Notes: generated from the sequence alone by a model not told the origin. A DNA stretch of 64,000 bases from Octopus sinensis (GCF_006345805.1 NC_043009.1:71300001-71364000); one strand, 5' to 3'. Shown: positions 39,796-52,574, counted from the first letter of the stretch. A program made the numbers and translations.

Positions 39796-40810
39796 TAAAA
39801 AAGTGACCATTCTTGTCACTATACTTAGAGACAGCCATCAGCTGACATGTGGTCGGCATTCCATTGAACCAATCAATCTCAGCAAAATACTTTACCGATT
39901 TTTGGAAGCAGAACCGTTGATGTTTACATCTTAAATTTTAAAGTCGATTTTATCATTACGATCTGCAATAAAGGCAGAAGAGTCAAGTCTTGAAACATCG
40001 ACTGAATGTCTCGAAAAATCTTTCTCAAAAAGCGGGTCGGATGAGATATTGTTAATCACCAGGCGGGACACACAACAAAAAACATTTCAATAACTATTAT
40101 TGTCCTCGTGAAATTAGGAGTGCCATTCAGAAAGCCCCACGGGCCCCAGTTTGTACATGTCTACTCTATACGGTCACATATTCTGCCAAAAATAGCAGCC
40201 AAATTCTTTCAAATTATATCTTGTCAGACTTAATGATGAAAGGACAGGAGAATATGGTGAGTATATAAATGATCAGAGATCCGTGTGACCGGAGTTGATT
40301 TGGGGACTCGACCACCATAACAACCATAACAGCAACAAAACAACTATCAACAATCACACACACACACACATACACACACACACACAGTGATTTACGATAT
40401 CGGTTTCTGCAGGTGTTGCTTGGGAATGTTAAGTTACCATTAAGAAAATAGAAACGGGGGTGGGAATATACACACATACACACATACATATATACATATA
40501 TACATACATACATACATACATGTAGCTCGATAGACAAACAGAGAGCGAGATTGAGTGGGAGAGCTTGAGAAGAGGTTAGGTTATGTAACAAGAAAGAAAT
40601 GAATGAAATACGAGAAGGAATCTAATGTCATACGATAGAACAACGTCCGGTTTTCACGATGAATGGAACACACACACATTCTCTCTCCCCTTCTCACCCC
40701 TTCTCACCCCTATCTCCCTTTCACTCCCTCTCTCTCGCTCTCGCTCTCTCTCTCACATATACATATATATAGACACATACTCACATATAAATAAACACAT
40801 ATATACACAT

Positions 40811-40841
<31 letters not shown>

Positions 40842-40900
40842 CGTACACAGACATATACGCACACATACACGCATATACATGCATGTATATATACACACAT

Positions 40901-40935
<35 letters not shown>

Positions 40936-41239
40936 ACACACACACATACACATGCACCCATATACACACACATACGAGTGCACGCGCACGCACACAATTC
41001 GGAAGAGAGTTCAATAAGTCTTTAACGACGGAAAAGCAAATTCCTCTCAGATATGAAGAGATTGGTTAAATCTAATTAGTTGAATAATTATTTCTCTTTA
41101 ATTAGAATTACAGAGAAATAAGAGGGAACGAAGATGGAAGCATTTATCGGAAAGGAGGAATTTAGATGGGAGGGAGGTGTGTACTGTCCTTTAAGCCCTA
41201 CAGTGATTCTCTGGGCTGATTACTCTTTTTACGACGGTC

Positions 41240-41323
<84 letters not shown>

Positions 41324-41384
41324 TATATATGTATATATATGTATATATATTAGTGACCGAGATCACGACACTCCCGCTGATCCC

Positions 41385-41545
41385 TCCCGCCGGTCGGTTG
41401 TGGGGTTTTACCATTTACAGCTGGGCGGAATGAAGCAGCGAGGAATGAAGTATTTTGCTCAAAACTACAACCCACTTCCTTGTGTAGGGTTCGAAACCAT
41501 AGTCTGACGATCACAAGTGCTACACTGTACCCACCTGGCCACACA
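41385..41545 (-). mobile_element. SINE family C, degraded
   Basis: Minus strand ...ggtttcgaaccc...ttgagcaaaatacttcattcc...ccgcccagctgtaaatgg. Confidence 0.6.
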
Positions 41546-41806
41546 CCTTTACAGCTGAGAGGTAAGCGAGATATTTATAATAGGATCGCAAAATCCCTAG
41601 AATTGAGAGGGAAAGCTTTAGCTAAGGCAGTGCGTTCGTGAGAATATAAAACAAAATAGAGAGAAGAGAGTGGGGGTGGAGGAGAAGCCGAATCCAAGAG
41701 AAAAAGCTGTCGTCGGCATCGATTTCTACGGTTGAAACGGTAAAATTCATTTGAAATATGAATTATTTCAAGTTGCTGTTGAGAATCAGAGTAAGCTAAA
41801 GTTTGT

Positions 41807-41828
41807 ACAGTTCGATTCCAGGCAGAGA

Positions 41829-41884
<56 letters not shown>

Positions 41885-42035
41885 TCGAAAAATACCTTAG
41901 GAATGAGAACCCAGCTTCGAAATTTCCCCCAAGACACCTGATGAAGGCTTCTAGAAAGTACATCAACCGAAATGTTGTGTTAACAACAAACAAAATGAGG
42001 ACAAATTAGGGTCAAATGTAAATAATGTAAATAAT
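41807..42035 (+). mobile_element. Short non-autonomous retroelement with a minimal hammerhead motif and a 16-bp TSD (retrozyme/Penelope pLTR-like)
   Basis: Flanked by the perfect direct repeat gtaagctaaagtttgt (41791-41806 and 42036-42051); internal (AAT)n; hammerhead at 41933-41981. Confidence 0.75.
41933..41981 (+). ncRNA. Minimal type-I hammerhead ribozyme motif (mutated copy)
   Basis: gacac (stem I) - CUGAUGA 41938-44 - stem II gg..cc - GAAA 41969-72 - u(c)GUU - guguu (stem I'). Confidence 0.7.
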
Positions 42036-42369
42036 GTAAGCTAAAGTTTGTTTTGCGTTATTAAATGTTTAAAAAATTAATGACTGTATTCAGAATGAAA
42101 CGAAGATTTTATAAGCTGAAACTAGAATTGGTTTTCTAATAATGTTTCAAGCTTTCATAAAGAGAGCAGACGTCAGTTAATATGAAAGATTATGAGTGAA
42201 TATTTTAACCATTTCTGAAGAAACACAGAAAACGTCAGTTCTTATGAAATTAGGGGAACAAAGTTTTATTAAAAACTGCTAGGCATGTGGTATTTCGTTG
42301 TGCAACCATAATATACTATAAAGTATATTTTTTTTATTTTTATGAGTGAAGGGGTAAAACTCTCCCGGA

Positions 42370-43345
42370 ATATTGTTGCTGTAATTTAGCCCCAGGAGAC
42401 ATCGCCTCCAGCTGGCTGTACGACACGATCTGTGCCCTTACATTTTCGAACAAGGGAATCTAGCACCCCAACTCAGCTCATGACACAGATACACAGAAAT
42501 TGTTTTGTTGTTGGGTTGCCATGTTATGTTGGCAAATAATCTTTACTCCAAAATGTTATTAGTATTAAAAAAAAAAGGGGAAATATTTTTTTAATTTCGT
42601 ACCGATGGTATAGTTTAGGCATCTGTGATTGCGCATAAACCTTCTAATTATCTGACTATGCTGATTGTTTGTAGCATTCTAATGTGCCCAGGCTTGGTCA
42701 GCTATTTTAAAAATTCCTTGTGATTGTATACTTCACCAAGCTATAACGGTTACATCGCATCTCTTTTGGTGCAATCAACAGTTTTCGAACCGAGAAAAGC
42801 AATCATCCCAATAATTCCTACTTTGTTTATTGAGCGAAGAATAAAACTAATAATAATAATAGATTAGAAAATTACTATTTGTAAATCTCACGAGAGATAT
42901 TCAGCAACAGTACTTTGGAGTAAAGATTGTTTGCCAACATAACATGGCAGTCCTGGTTTAGGACGAATGTTGCTGTAATTTAGCCCCAGGAGACATTGTC
43001 TCCAGCTGGCTGTACGACACGATCTGTGTCCTTATATTTTCGAACAGTAACTTAGTATTTAGTAATAGTAATTTCTGGGTTATTTCCCTTCATTAGCACA
43101 GAATAAGTTTCGGCTAGAGGTAGCGCTGCCAAATTCCCGTTCGAAATATATAGTTTTCAAAGTGCCAACAAGTCATTTATTTATAAATTAGAAAATTACT
43201 ATTACTAAATACTAAGTTACTGTTCGAAAATATAAGGACACAGATCGTGTCGCACATAGCCAGCTGGAGACGATGTCTTCTGGGGCTAAATTACAGCGAC
43301 ATTCATCCTAAACCAGGACTGCCACATTATGTTGGCAAACAATCT
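42370..43345. repeat. Cluster of one repeat family forming nested inverted repeats; main arms 42924-43075 and 43193-43345
   Basis: ttgctgtaatttagccccaggagac...ccagctggctgtacgacacgatctgtg occurs at ~42375 (+), ~42970 (+), ~43240-43300 (-) and ~48000-48060 (-). Confidence 0.88.
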
Positions 43346-44045
43346 GTACAACACAATAATAATAATTGTCCTTACCAATATATGCAGAAAGCCTGAAATT
43401 TGTGAGGAGCGGGTAAGTCAATCACATTAACCCCGGCACTTAGACGTCACCTAATTTATTGAGCCCGAAATTAGCGAAGTTTTACGTGCAGACTTAATTA
43501 GTTGAAATAAACATCCAGGATGCTTTCCCAGTGCGGAAACTGCAGCAGCCCCTGGAAGGGTTTTGAAGGTCTTCTTCTGAAATGATCTCAGTATCGGAAA
43601 CCCTTTCGTATCACAGGGTCACAAGCGTTTCGCCCCTCAATGTGAGTCGGGCTGAAAGCACTGAGTTAGTGTCCGCCAGCGGAAGGGGGTTCGATCCGTG
43701 GTCTCTTATCGACCATAACTACTCTGAGCTAGTTTCAGCTACTCGTCGCCTTGGTGGCTGTCTTCGGTTGTTTTAGTTCGAGATCAGACAAATGAACCAA
43801 CCACTGAGGAAGCTGTCAAAGAGTTCATCGTGTTTTGTGCTTTGTTGGGAAATTAAAGGAAATGAAAGCAAATCGTTGCTTGGGTTTCTTCTCACATTTA
43901 TACACAGAAAACTAACATAGTTTTCCATTTCCTGTTTTTTTTTTTTTGTTTTGTTTTTTTTTTTTTGTTTCATTGAAGTTTCATTCTTCTTCTCCTAACC
44001 TTTGTTCCTTCTTTTACGTTCACGAAATCTTATTAATTTATGTAT

Positions 44046-44080
<35 letters not shown>

Positions 44081-44089
44081 TTATTATTA

Positions 44090-44157
<68 letters not shown>

Positions 44158-44165
44158 GTTATCTC

Positions 44166-44345
44166 CGACGCGGCGAGATGGCAGAATCGTTATGAAATGC
44201 TTAAAAGCATTTCGTCCGTCTTCAGGTTCTGGCTTCAAATTCTGCCAAGGTCGACTTAGCCTTTCCTCCTTTCGATAAAATAAATACCAGTTGACTACTG
44301 GGGTCGATGTAATCGACTTATCCCTCTCCCGAATCTGCTGGATTG
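44166..44345 (+). mobile_element. SINE family A after (ATT)n
   Basis: ggcgagatggcagaatcgtta...gttctggcttcaaattctgcc...ggggtcgatgtaatcgac. Confidence 0.85.
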
Positions 44346-44460
44346 GAATGTGCCAGACAACGGGAAACTATATTAATGAATAAATTACAAGTACACATAC
44401 ATGCACACACACGTACGTACATACAGACAGACATACGTACACACATACATACACACATAC

Positions 44461-44493
<33 letters not shown>

Positions 44494-44723
44494 TACATAC
44501 ACACATACATACACCAATCCTGTCTTACGTGAAATAACGCTTATCTTTCACTTCTGTTTAATAGTGTTTAATTCAAAATTTAATTTTAAAACATTCAAAT
44601 ATGATTTTTTTTCATTACAAGGAACTTAATTATGATGCTCTGATATCGAACAGTTTTCCATAATTTCAAATTTGTCGTTCACTGACTTATAATTGGATAT
44701 TAAGAGCGTTCTTTTTTTTTGTG

Positions 44724-45015
44724 GAGGCACATGGCCTAGTAGTTAGAGCAGCGGACTCGCGGTCGAGGGATCGCGGGTTCGAGGGATCGCGGTGTGTGTA
44801 TGTGTTTATGAGTGAAACACTTACTCCGGTAGAAGATAATAGCGACCTTCTGCTGACTCTTTCGCCACAACTTTCTCTTACTCTTTCATCCTACATCTAG
44901 CATCTCCCCTGCGACGGACCGACGTCCCATCCAGATGGAGAACCTATACGCCAAGGAAACCGGGAAACTGGTTCTTATGAGCCAGGCATGGCTCAAGAAG
45001 GAACAAACAACAACA
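44724..45015 (+). mobile_element. tRNA-derived SINE with an RTE-like 3' tail ending in (AAC)n
   Basis: A-box tggcctagtag, B-box ggttcga, 3' gaaaccgggaaactgg..tatgagcc..ggctcaagaaggaacaaacaacaac. Confidence 0.6.
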
Positions 45016-45179
45016 AGAGCGTTTTTACTGTTGATAAAAGTTCATCAAAATCTTGGCAGATTGAAAGAGAAATGGTAACTCAGTTTTAATCGGGGGCTTC
45101 TCTTCCTGAATGATGTTACATAATGCATCCCCGACCAAATAATCTTAATATCGACTAAACTCCCTTAGAATCAAAGTAT

Positions 45180-46200
45180 AGTTCGAGGATATTACAGAGT
45201 TATGCTGTTACTGGAAGATGAACTAGTTCTCAGTAGTACACCAGTACTACAGGGATCGGCTTACACCAAGTATGTGAACGATATACTCATCGTAATAGCT
45301 GCAGAAGAAGAGACTACGACACTAAAGAACCTGGAATAGAACTCGGCATTAAAAGTCAACAACCAAAGCAATATTAATAAAAGACGTAATTTTAAAAAAT
45401 CGACATCATCTTTAGATACCTTCACCCAGGCAATAACAGATCCATCGCGTCCATTTACACCAAAGATACAAAGGAATAGTTGTACTTACTGAGAGACAGT
45501 GAATACCCAGGAAGGCGTAAACTATCAGTGGTAAAATCCCCGATTAGAAGAGTATTTAGGTCCTCCTCGATAAAGTCCTACATCAAGAAATTTATGCGAT
45601 ATATTAAATATTAGTCTACAATGGGATTCTAAAGAACAGCCTAAGCCATTCAGCAGTCTAAATACAAATGCGACACAGCAAATACATTTGATGCCACACC
45701 TACTAGAAATACAAAAACCACAAATAAAGTAGATTTTATGAATCGAATGCATAATAAACTGTGAAATACATCGTTAGCAATAGAAAACGTCACTCAACCT
45801 TAGACTTATACTAATAAATACCTTAGTAAAACACTAAAATTCCAAATCTTCCTATAACTTACTGCCAACATGTGATCATGTGATTATGTGATCATGTGAT
45901 CATGCAAAAACCACTAAAATGACATAGTGAGCAATAAGTTTCATTCGAAATGTGGAAGTTGTAAACTTCGTGATTAGAACTGTTATATTGGACATAGATA
46001 TACAACACTGTCGCATCAGATCGCTATGCATTTATAGCAAGAGGCCCTTGCAAGACACATCGCTAAAGAAATTACCGACGAAAATATACGGCATGTAATA
46101 TAAATATTCCATAATTATAATCAAGGGTCAGCTAATTGCTTCGCCACGCACTGATTTAGAAATAGGAGCTAAATGCGTTTTCTACAATTATGAAGACCTT
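45180..46200 (+). mobile_element. Highly decayed Penelope-like element (RT plus GIY-YIG remnants)
   Basis: AYTKYVNDILIV resembles Y.RYVDDI at ~45260; CYIGHRYTTLSHQIAMHL resembles YIG.T...L..R...H at ~45980-46035; domain order and strand are correct. Confidence 0.5.
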
Positions 46201-46498
46201 CCAAACAGTAACACACTTTTTACGTAGGCAAAAAGAAGAAATAATGAATTCACACGACTCATACTAGCTACATACGCGTTTCGAAATTAAAGTAAAGTTA
46301 TATTTACTTACTTATTTCTCATCTTTAGTGCAGCATTTTGAAATATAAATTTAAGAGTGTTAGAATTAAATATGTAGGCGATCAAGCGCCATCGCATAAC
46401 CAATATTCAACCACACTTCCAAAAATATACAGCCGAATGGGAACACATATTTAGCCTCAATACCCACGTGTGTGTTACGAGCAATCCCGCAGTTTTCG

Positions 46499-46576
<78 letters not shown>

Positions 46577-46603
46577 TAATAATAATATAATAATAATAAT
46601 AAT

Positions 46604-47556
46604 TCTGAATGAAAAGTGGCAAGAAAAACCTCTCTATGGCAAATACCCAAAGAGAGCGAATAATGCAGATGTTGACAAAGCTCTGACCCATCAATGGCTA
46701 ATGGCCTCTGGCTTAAAATCTGAAACAGAAGGGTTTATCATAGCAGCTCAAGATCAATGCCTACCAACAAGAAACTACCAGGCCAACATATTAAAGAACG
46801 GCAGTAGCCCAACATGTCGTGTATGTCAACAACAAAATGAAACCATTGATCATGTTGTCTCCAAGTGCAGTCTTCTAGCGCCTACAGAGTATCTCAACAG
46901 GCATGATAGAGCTGCACAATATATTCACTGGGTAATTTGCAAAATCCTGGATTTGCCCCATGATAAAAACTGGTGGGAACACAAACCACCTCCAGTGCTT
47001 GAAAATGACCACATCTTACTCCTCTGGAACTTCACCATTCAAACTGACAGAAAGATAGATGCGAATAGGCCAGACATCATATTGAAAGACTTCAGACAAA
47101 AATCATGCCTCCTCATTGATATGACTGTCCCAATCGATATAAACGTATCTGTCAATACCTACCAGAAACTGAGCAAATATAAAGATCTGGAAATAGAAAT
47201 CAGCAAAATGTGGACCCTGAAGACTAAAACAGTACCTGGGAATAATAGCAAAAGGGGCTGATTGCTACCTAACTCAGATACCAGGAAACCCAAAATGGCA
47301 GAAATTCAAAAGATAGTGCTCATGGGAACTGCTCATATCCTACGAAAAATACTTTCTATGTAATCTCAAGGTTTAAAACAAACATAATTTTCGGTTTGTT
47401 TTTTTAGACATTCACTAATACAACACCAAAATATATATATATATATATGGCACACTAGGCATAACAACAACATGAACTTCCAGCCTGTTGTCTCTTGAGG
47501 TCTCTGGGTGAGACTTGGAGCCAACTTGTACAAATATAAAGCAAAAGTCAAACATA

Positions 47557-47557
<1 letters not shown>
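46604..47557 (+). mobile_element. R4/Dong-type LINE 3' fragment, second subfamily
   Basis: ORF 46701..47261 contains a CCHC knuckle (CRVC...H....C), RHD, RPDII..IDM and KLSKY; there is a deletion near 47240; (AAT)n on both sides. Confidence 0.92.
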
Positions 47558-47636
<79 letters not shown>

Positions 47637-47677
47637 TATTAAGATAAAACTTACTTGGAAATATATCTATATATATA

Positions 47678-47801
47678 GCAATAATAAATCTCTGAACGAG
47701 ATGTAAATAGTAACCGCTCGACAACGTAAAGTATACTAGCCAGTATACTTTACGTTGTCGAGCGGTTACTGTTTACATCTCGTTAAGAGATTTATTATTG
47801 C
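47678..47801. repeat. Near-perfect hairpin: 60-bp arms, 4-nt loop (AGCC)
   Basis: Arms 47678-47737 and 47742-47801 differ from perfect complementarity at two positions (one G-T wobble, one G-A mismatch). Confidence 0.95.
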
Positions 47802-48133
47802 TTGCAGACAGGTTTTCGAAATCAGTGACAGTAGTTACTGGGAAAAATATTAAATAGATATTTGCAAACAGGTCTCCCTTCATCGAAAACCGGTGATTTC
47901 CGTACGTTGACAAGAGGCAAATACCTCGAAACTGCAGTCCGTGCGTATCACTTAGGTTTCGAAGGAAGGAATGACCTCCCTTTGCAAATACCATAAGGGC
48001 ACAGAAAGTGTACCTAAAGCCAGCTGGAGACGATGATCTCCTGGGGCTAAAAGCTACAGTAACACCCACCCTTAGTGGTTAGCCATATTGAGATGGCTAG
48101 TATACTTTACGTTATATATATATATATAGATAT

Positions 48134-48176
<43 letters not shown>

Positions 48177-48384
48177 GGCATGTATCTATGTATATGTTTG
48201 TATGTGTGTACGTGCGTGTATGTGTGTGCATGTGTGTGTACATGCTTGGTGTATGTGCGTATGTCTATTTGTGTCTGTGTGCGCACACACGCGTGTGTGA
48301 GAGAGAGAGAGTCTGTGTGTCTGTGTGTGTGTATACACATATACACACATATACACATTGTAATGTAACACTTGTAAAGTATAT

Positions 48385-48598
48385 TGGTTCCCAATTTTGG
48401 CACAAGGGCAGCAATTTAGGAGGCGGGGTAAATCAGGTACATCGACCCCAGTATGTAACTGGTACTTATTTTATCGACCCAGAAAGGATTAAAGGTGAAA
48501 TCAACCTCGGTGGAATTTGAACTCGGAACGTAATGTCGCACTAAATGCCGCTAAGCATTTTTCTCGGCGTGCTAACGACTCAGCCAGCTCGCCGCCTT
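48385..48598 (-). mobile_element. SINE family A
   Basis: Same body as other family A copies. Confidence 0.85.
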
Positions 48599-48811
48599 AA
48601 GAGTTATAAATTATATTAAAATGTGTTTTACAGAGAGCAAACTTTGATGTGAAACTTGAAGTGTCTATAAAATCATGAACCGCCCCGGGTGAACCTCAGA
48701 ATAAATCATCAACTTTTGATGTAACAAGCATAACCATATATCCATGTATAAATAGTTTTACATACATACACACATGGACGTATGCGTGCTCACACAGACA
48801 AACACACTCAT

Positions 48812-49020
48812 GTCCCACCTGATGGATTCCTAAGCGTGACTAACTGAGACGATGAATATTATCCAAATACCTCATTCATGGTCTACCCTGTGGTCTCCTG
48901 TCGGTTGGCTCGGCTTGAAGAATCCGTTTTGTGACTCTTTCCTGCGACATTCTAATCATATGTCCTTAGTACCAGGCCTGTGACTTCTCAATGTGGAAAA
49001 CGAACGGCTCGACCTAGGCA
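48812..49020 (-). mobile_element. RTE-clade LINE 3' remnant
   Basis: Minus strand reads VEPFVFHIEKSQAWY*GHMIRMSQERVTKRILQAEPTDRRPQGRP*MRYLDNI...SRLGI, resembling the RTE C-terminus (IERSQLRWFGH..RM...R..KR......RPRGRP). Confidence 0.65.
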
Positions 49021-49640
49021 AAACACATTGATGTCCCAGTTGCACACCCTGTTGAATACAGCTATGAAGAATAACTGGGACAAAATTGCGGCAAAAATCC
49101 CTTATGGATTTTTTAAAAAACTCTAAATTCTACAGGCAGCCTTCAACTATGCAGGTTGCTATTTATAGCTCTATGTGATGTGCTTCGAAAATTGATATTC
49201 CAAAGAAAAATTATACATACATACATACATACATACATACATACATACATACATACATACATACATACATACCTGCATACATACTTACAAACATGCGTAC
49301 ATACATAAATACATACATAGGTACGTACATACATACATAATACATACGTACATACATACATACGTACGTACGTACGTTCGTACATACATACGTACTACGT
49401 ACATGCATGCATACATTCATACATGAATACATACACACTCACATACGTTCGTACATACATACATACATACATACATACATACATACATACATACACACAT
49501 ACGTACATACGTTCGTACATACATACGTACATACGTACGTACGAACGAACATACGTACATATATACATACATACACATAATTAATAGCGAAAGAAGCTGT
49601 ATTAATACCAAAACGTAATCTTTTTCTCCCATTTAACGAG

Positions 49641-49825
49641 AATATGGCGTTAGTACACAGAAAACCGCCATGTTGATCATGAGAGGTCCTCTCATATGAA
49701 CTCGTGGTACATAAGAGCACTCCTGTTTCAATCGATGACGGACGACCGCCGAAACAACCAATCACGTGATTTCTCTCTTCTTGCACTTGTTAATGACACG
49801 TGCAGCGACTTTCTAACCAATCATA
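49641..49825. promoter_or_regulatory. Promoter-like motif cluster (YY1-like x2, CCAAT x2, CACGTG x2)
   Basis: aatatggcg at 49641, ccgccatgtt at 49665, ccaat at 49758 directly followed by cacgtg at 49763, cacgtg at 49797, ccaat at 49817. Motif reading only. Confidence 0.35.
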
Positions 49826-49850
49826 ACCACAGATATACTACATGTCTACA

Positions 49851-49896
<46 letters not shown>

Positions 49897-50342
49897 CATC
49901 AGAATAAAGTGTTACTAAAAAGAGATTATCCATCAGGGAAAAATACTTAAGTTCTCTGTTAATGCAGATATACCAGGCTCACAAAATGTTTTCAAATTGG
50001 TATAAAACTGCAGGTAATCCCAAGGCAAGGTGTGAAGTTGACATCCATCACAAGTCAATTTCGTTAAGCCATGGTGGCATTCCCTGGTTAAGCTGATCTT
50101 TTTACACAGGGCGGATACACAAGTAAAGGCATAAACAATAATGGGCTTTACATATTTCTTTACTTGTGCATCTTTACCTTACAGCTGTTTCGAATATAAA
50201 CTATGAAAGCACCTATAATGCATATCAGAAACGACTGTAAGTCAAGGATGCACAAATAAAGACGTATGTAAAGACCATTATAAATACCTTTCGGGGTACA
50301 TACATACATACATGCATACATACAAATATGTGTACATATATA

Positions 50343-50575
50343 GGCGTAGGAGTGGTTGTGTGGTAAGTAGGTTGCTTACCAACCACATGGTTCCGGGTTC
50401 AGTCCCACTGCGTGGCACCTTGGACACGTTTACGTCTCCGTAACCTGGTGGTTCGGCAAAAGAGACCGATAGAATAAGTACTAGGCTTACAAAGAATAAA
50501 TCCTGGGGTCGATTAGCTCGACTAAAAGCGGTGCTCTAGCATGGCCACATTCAAATGACTGAAACAAGTAAATGA
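50343..50575 (+). mobile_element. SINE family B with an internal deletion
   Basis: ggcgtaggagtggttgtgtggtaag...ggttccgggttcagtccc joined directly to the 3' half. Confidence 0.85.
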
Positions 50576-50585
50576 GTATATATAT

Positions 50586-50689
<104 letters not shown>

Positions 50690-50709
50690 TATATACACCA
50701 TATATATAC

Positions 50710-50759
<50 letters not shown>

Positions 50760-51292
50760 ATATATATATACACATATATACATATATATATACATATATA
50801 TATATATAGGGAGAGAGAGAGAAAGAGAGAAGGAGAGAGAGGGGGATAACTTTTGCGTAGTTATTCGATTTTACAATAAGGGGAGAGCGAGCGTAGGAGT
50901 GTGAGACGATCGAAGAACAAAGAGTGGGAGAGTGACAATGGGATGAGTAGAAAATGAATGTGGGTGGAGAGATGAGACCTGTGACACGTTTAAGGAGAGA
51001 GGCAGAGCGAGAAGTGAAACGGGTGGAAGAAGGAGTGGCAAATATCATGGACGGAGGAATTTTCATTGTCAGAGAAATACAAATGTAGAATAAATTTATA
51101 ATTCAAGCAGGAGTGTATGAGCTACAGGCGAGCACACTCACACAAACAAACGAGCACACACACAGAGGCACACGCACGCACGCACGCACGCACACGCACA
51201 CACACACACATACACACACACACAGACTTGTACTGAAAGTTTTAAAAAATTTGTCATTTTGGCGACCCATATATACTTGTGTGTACAAGTGT

Positions 51293-51446
<154 letters not shown>

Positions 51447-51447
51447 T

Positions 51448-51776
51448 CCTGTATAAGGTCTGTTTAAAGATTTTGAATGAAATGCCCCTGCCTCCAGAGG
51501 TGGATTATTCAAACCCCAAAGAATTCCTTTCAACGCATGGCTATGATGCTCCCCCATTACTTCTGCTCGTGATCAGAGATGCACATATAGTCAAAGCACT
51601 AAGGCTCATGCTCAACTGGTTAAGGTCAAACAACTGACAAGCAATTCTGTGGTATTGAGCAGAATATTTGCTGTAGCCCATCTTTTATACCAAGACAAAA
51701 CAATGTACATGATAACACTTCCAATCAGTTAAGATGAGAAGCCACGAGAGCCACTGCCTGATGCTGCATCAAGGTG
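51448..51776 (-). mobile_element. Partial copy of non-coding family X
   Basis: Matches the reverse complement of 63402-63675; lies between (AGAT)n and ttattatt. Confidence 0.85.
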
Positions 51777-51789
51777 TTTATTATTAATA

Positions 51790-52250
51790 TGGTTTGGCTC
51801 AGGTTCGGTCTTATTCCTGCTAGGATTTATGTGGGTAGTAAGTTACTACATGTGACCTGAGGAATTCACAAGTTTTCAGCAGTCCTTCAGGTGCTTAGAA
51901 CCCTCCTGATAATCCTTGCTGTCCCTAAGAAACAAACTCTCTGTAGGAGCTCTACCAACCATTCTATTCCAATCTCCTTCAGCCATTTGTCTATATCTTG
52001 GTTTACTCTTCCCAATGCACCAATTATTATAGGCATGACTTTTACTGTTCAAATGCTCTAAATTCTTCCTATTTCAAATTTTAAGGGATTGTATTGTTTT
52101 TCTTCCTCTTTCTTTACGATCCTAGAATCAAACAGGGATGATGGGTCGATAAGAAAGCAAATTCGCTTTTCCTTATCTAAAATTATGTCCGGCCTAATAT
52201 TTTCTAATTTCTTGTCTGTTTGAATAGGAAAGTTCTACAAAATCTTACAT
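51790..52250 (-). mobile_element. R4/Dong-type LINE 3' fragment, decayed, further subfamily
   Basis: Minus strand reads DIILDKEKRICFLIDP...FEIGRI...VMPIIIGALG...CFLGTARIIRRVL. Confidence 0.75.
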
Positions 52251-52267
52251 CTCTCCAACTCCAGTAC

Positions 52268-52450
52268 TTTTCAGAGAGGGGTCTAGTCGAATACATCGAC
52301 CCCAATGTTTCACTATTATTTAATTTATCGATCCCGAAAGGATGAAGGGCAAAGTCGACCTCGATGGAATTTGAACTCCGAACGTAACGGCAGACGAAAT
52401 ACCGCTAAGCATTTCGTCCAGCGTACTAACGATTCTTCCTCCTTGCCACC
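52268..52450 (-). mobile_element. SINE family A
   Basis: Same body as other family A copies. Confidence 0.85.
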
Positions 52451-52454
52451 TCAC

Positions 52455-52537
<83 letters not shown>

Positions 52538-52543
52538 TAATAA

Positions 52544-52574
<31 letters not shown>

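Noticed and set aside
43545-43790. GC-rich stretch with B-box ggttcgatcc as a tRNA or structured ncRNA
   Set aside because: No cloverleaf or A-box spacing could be built; more likely a decayed SINE head.
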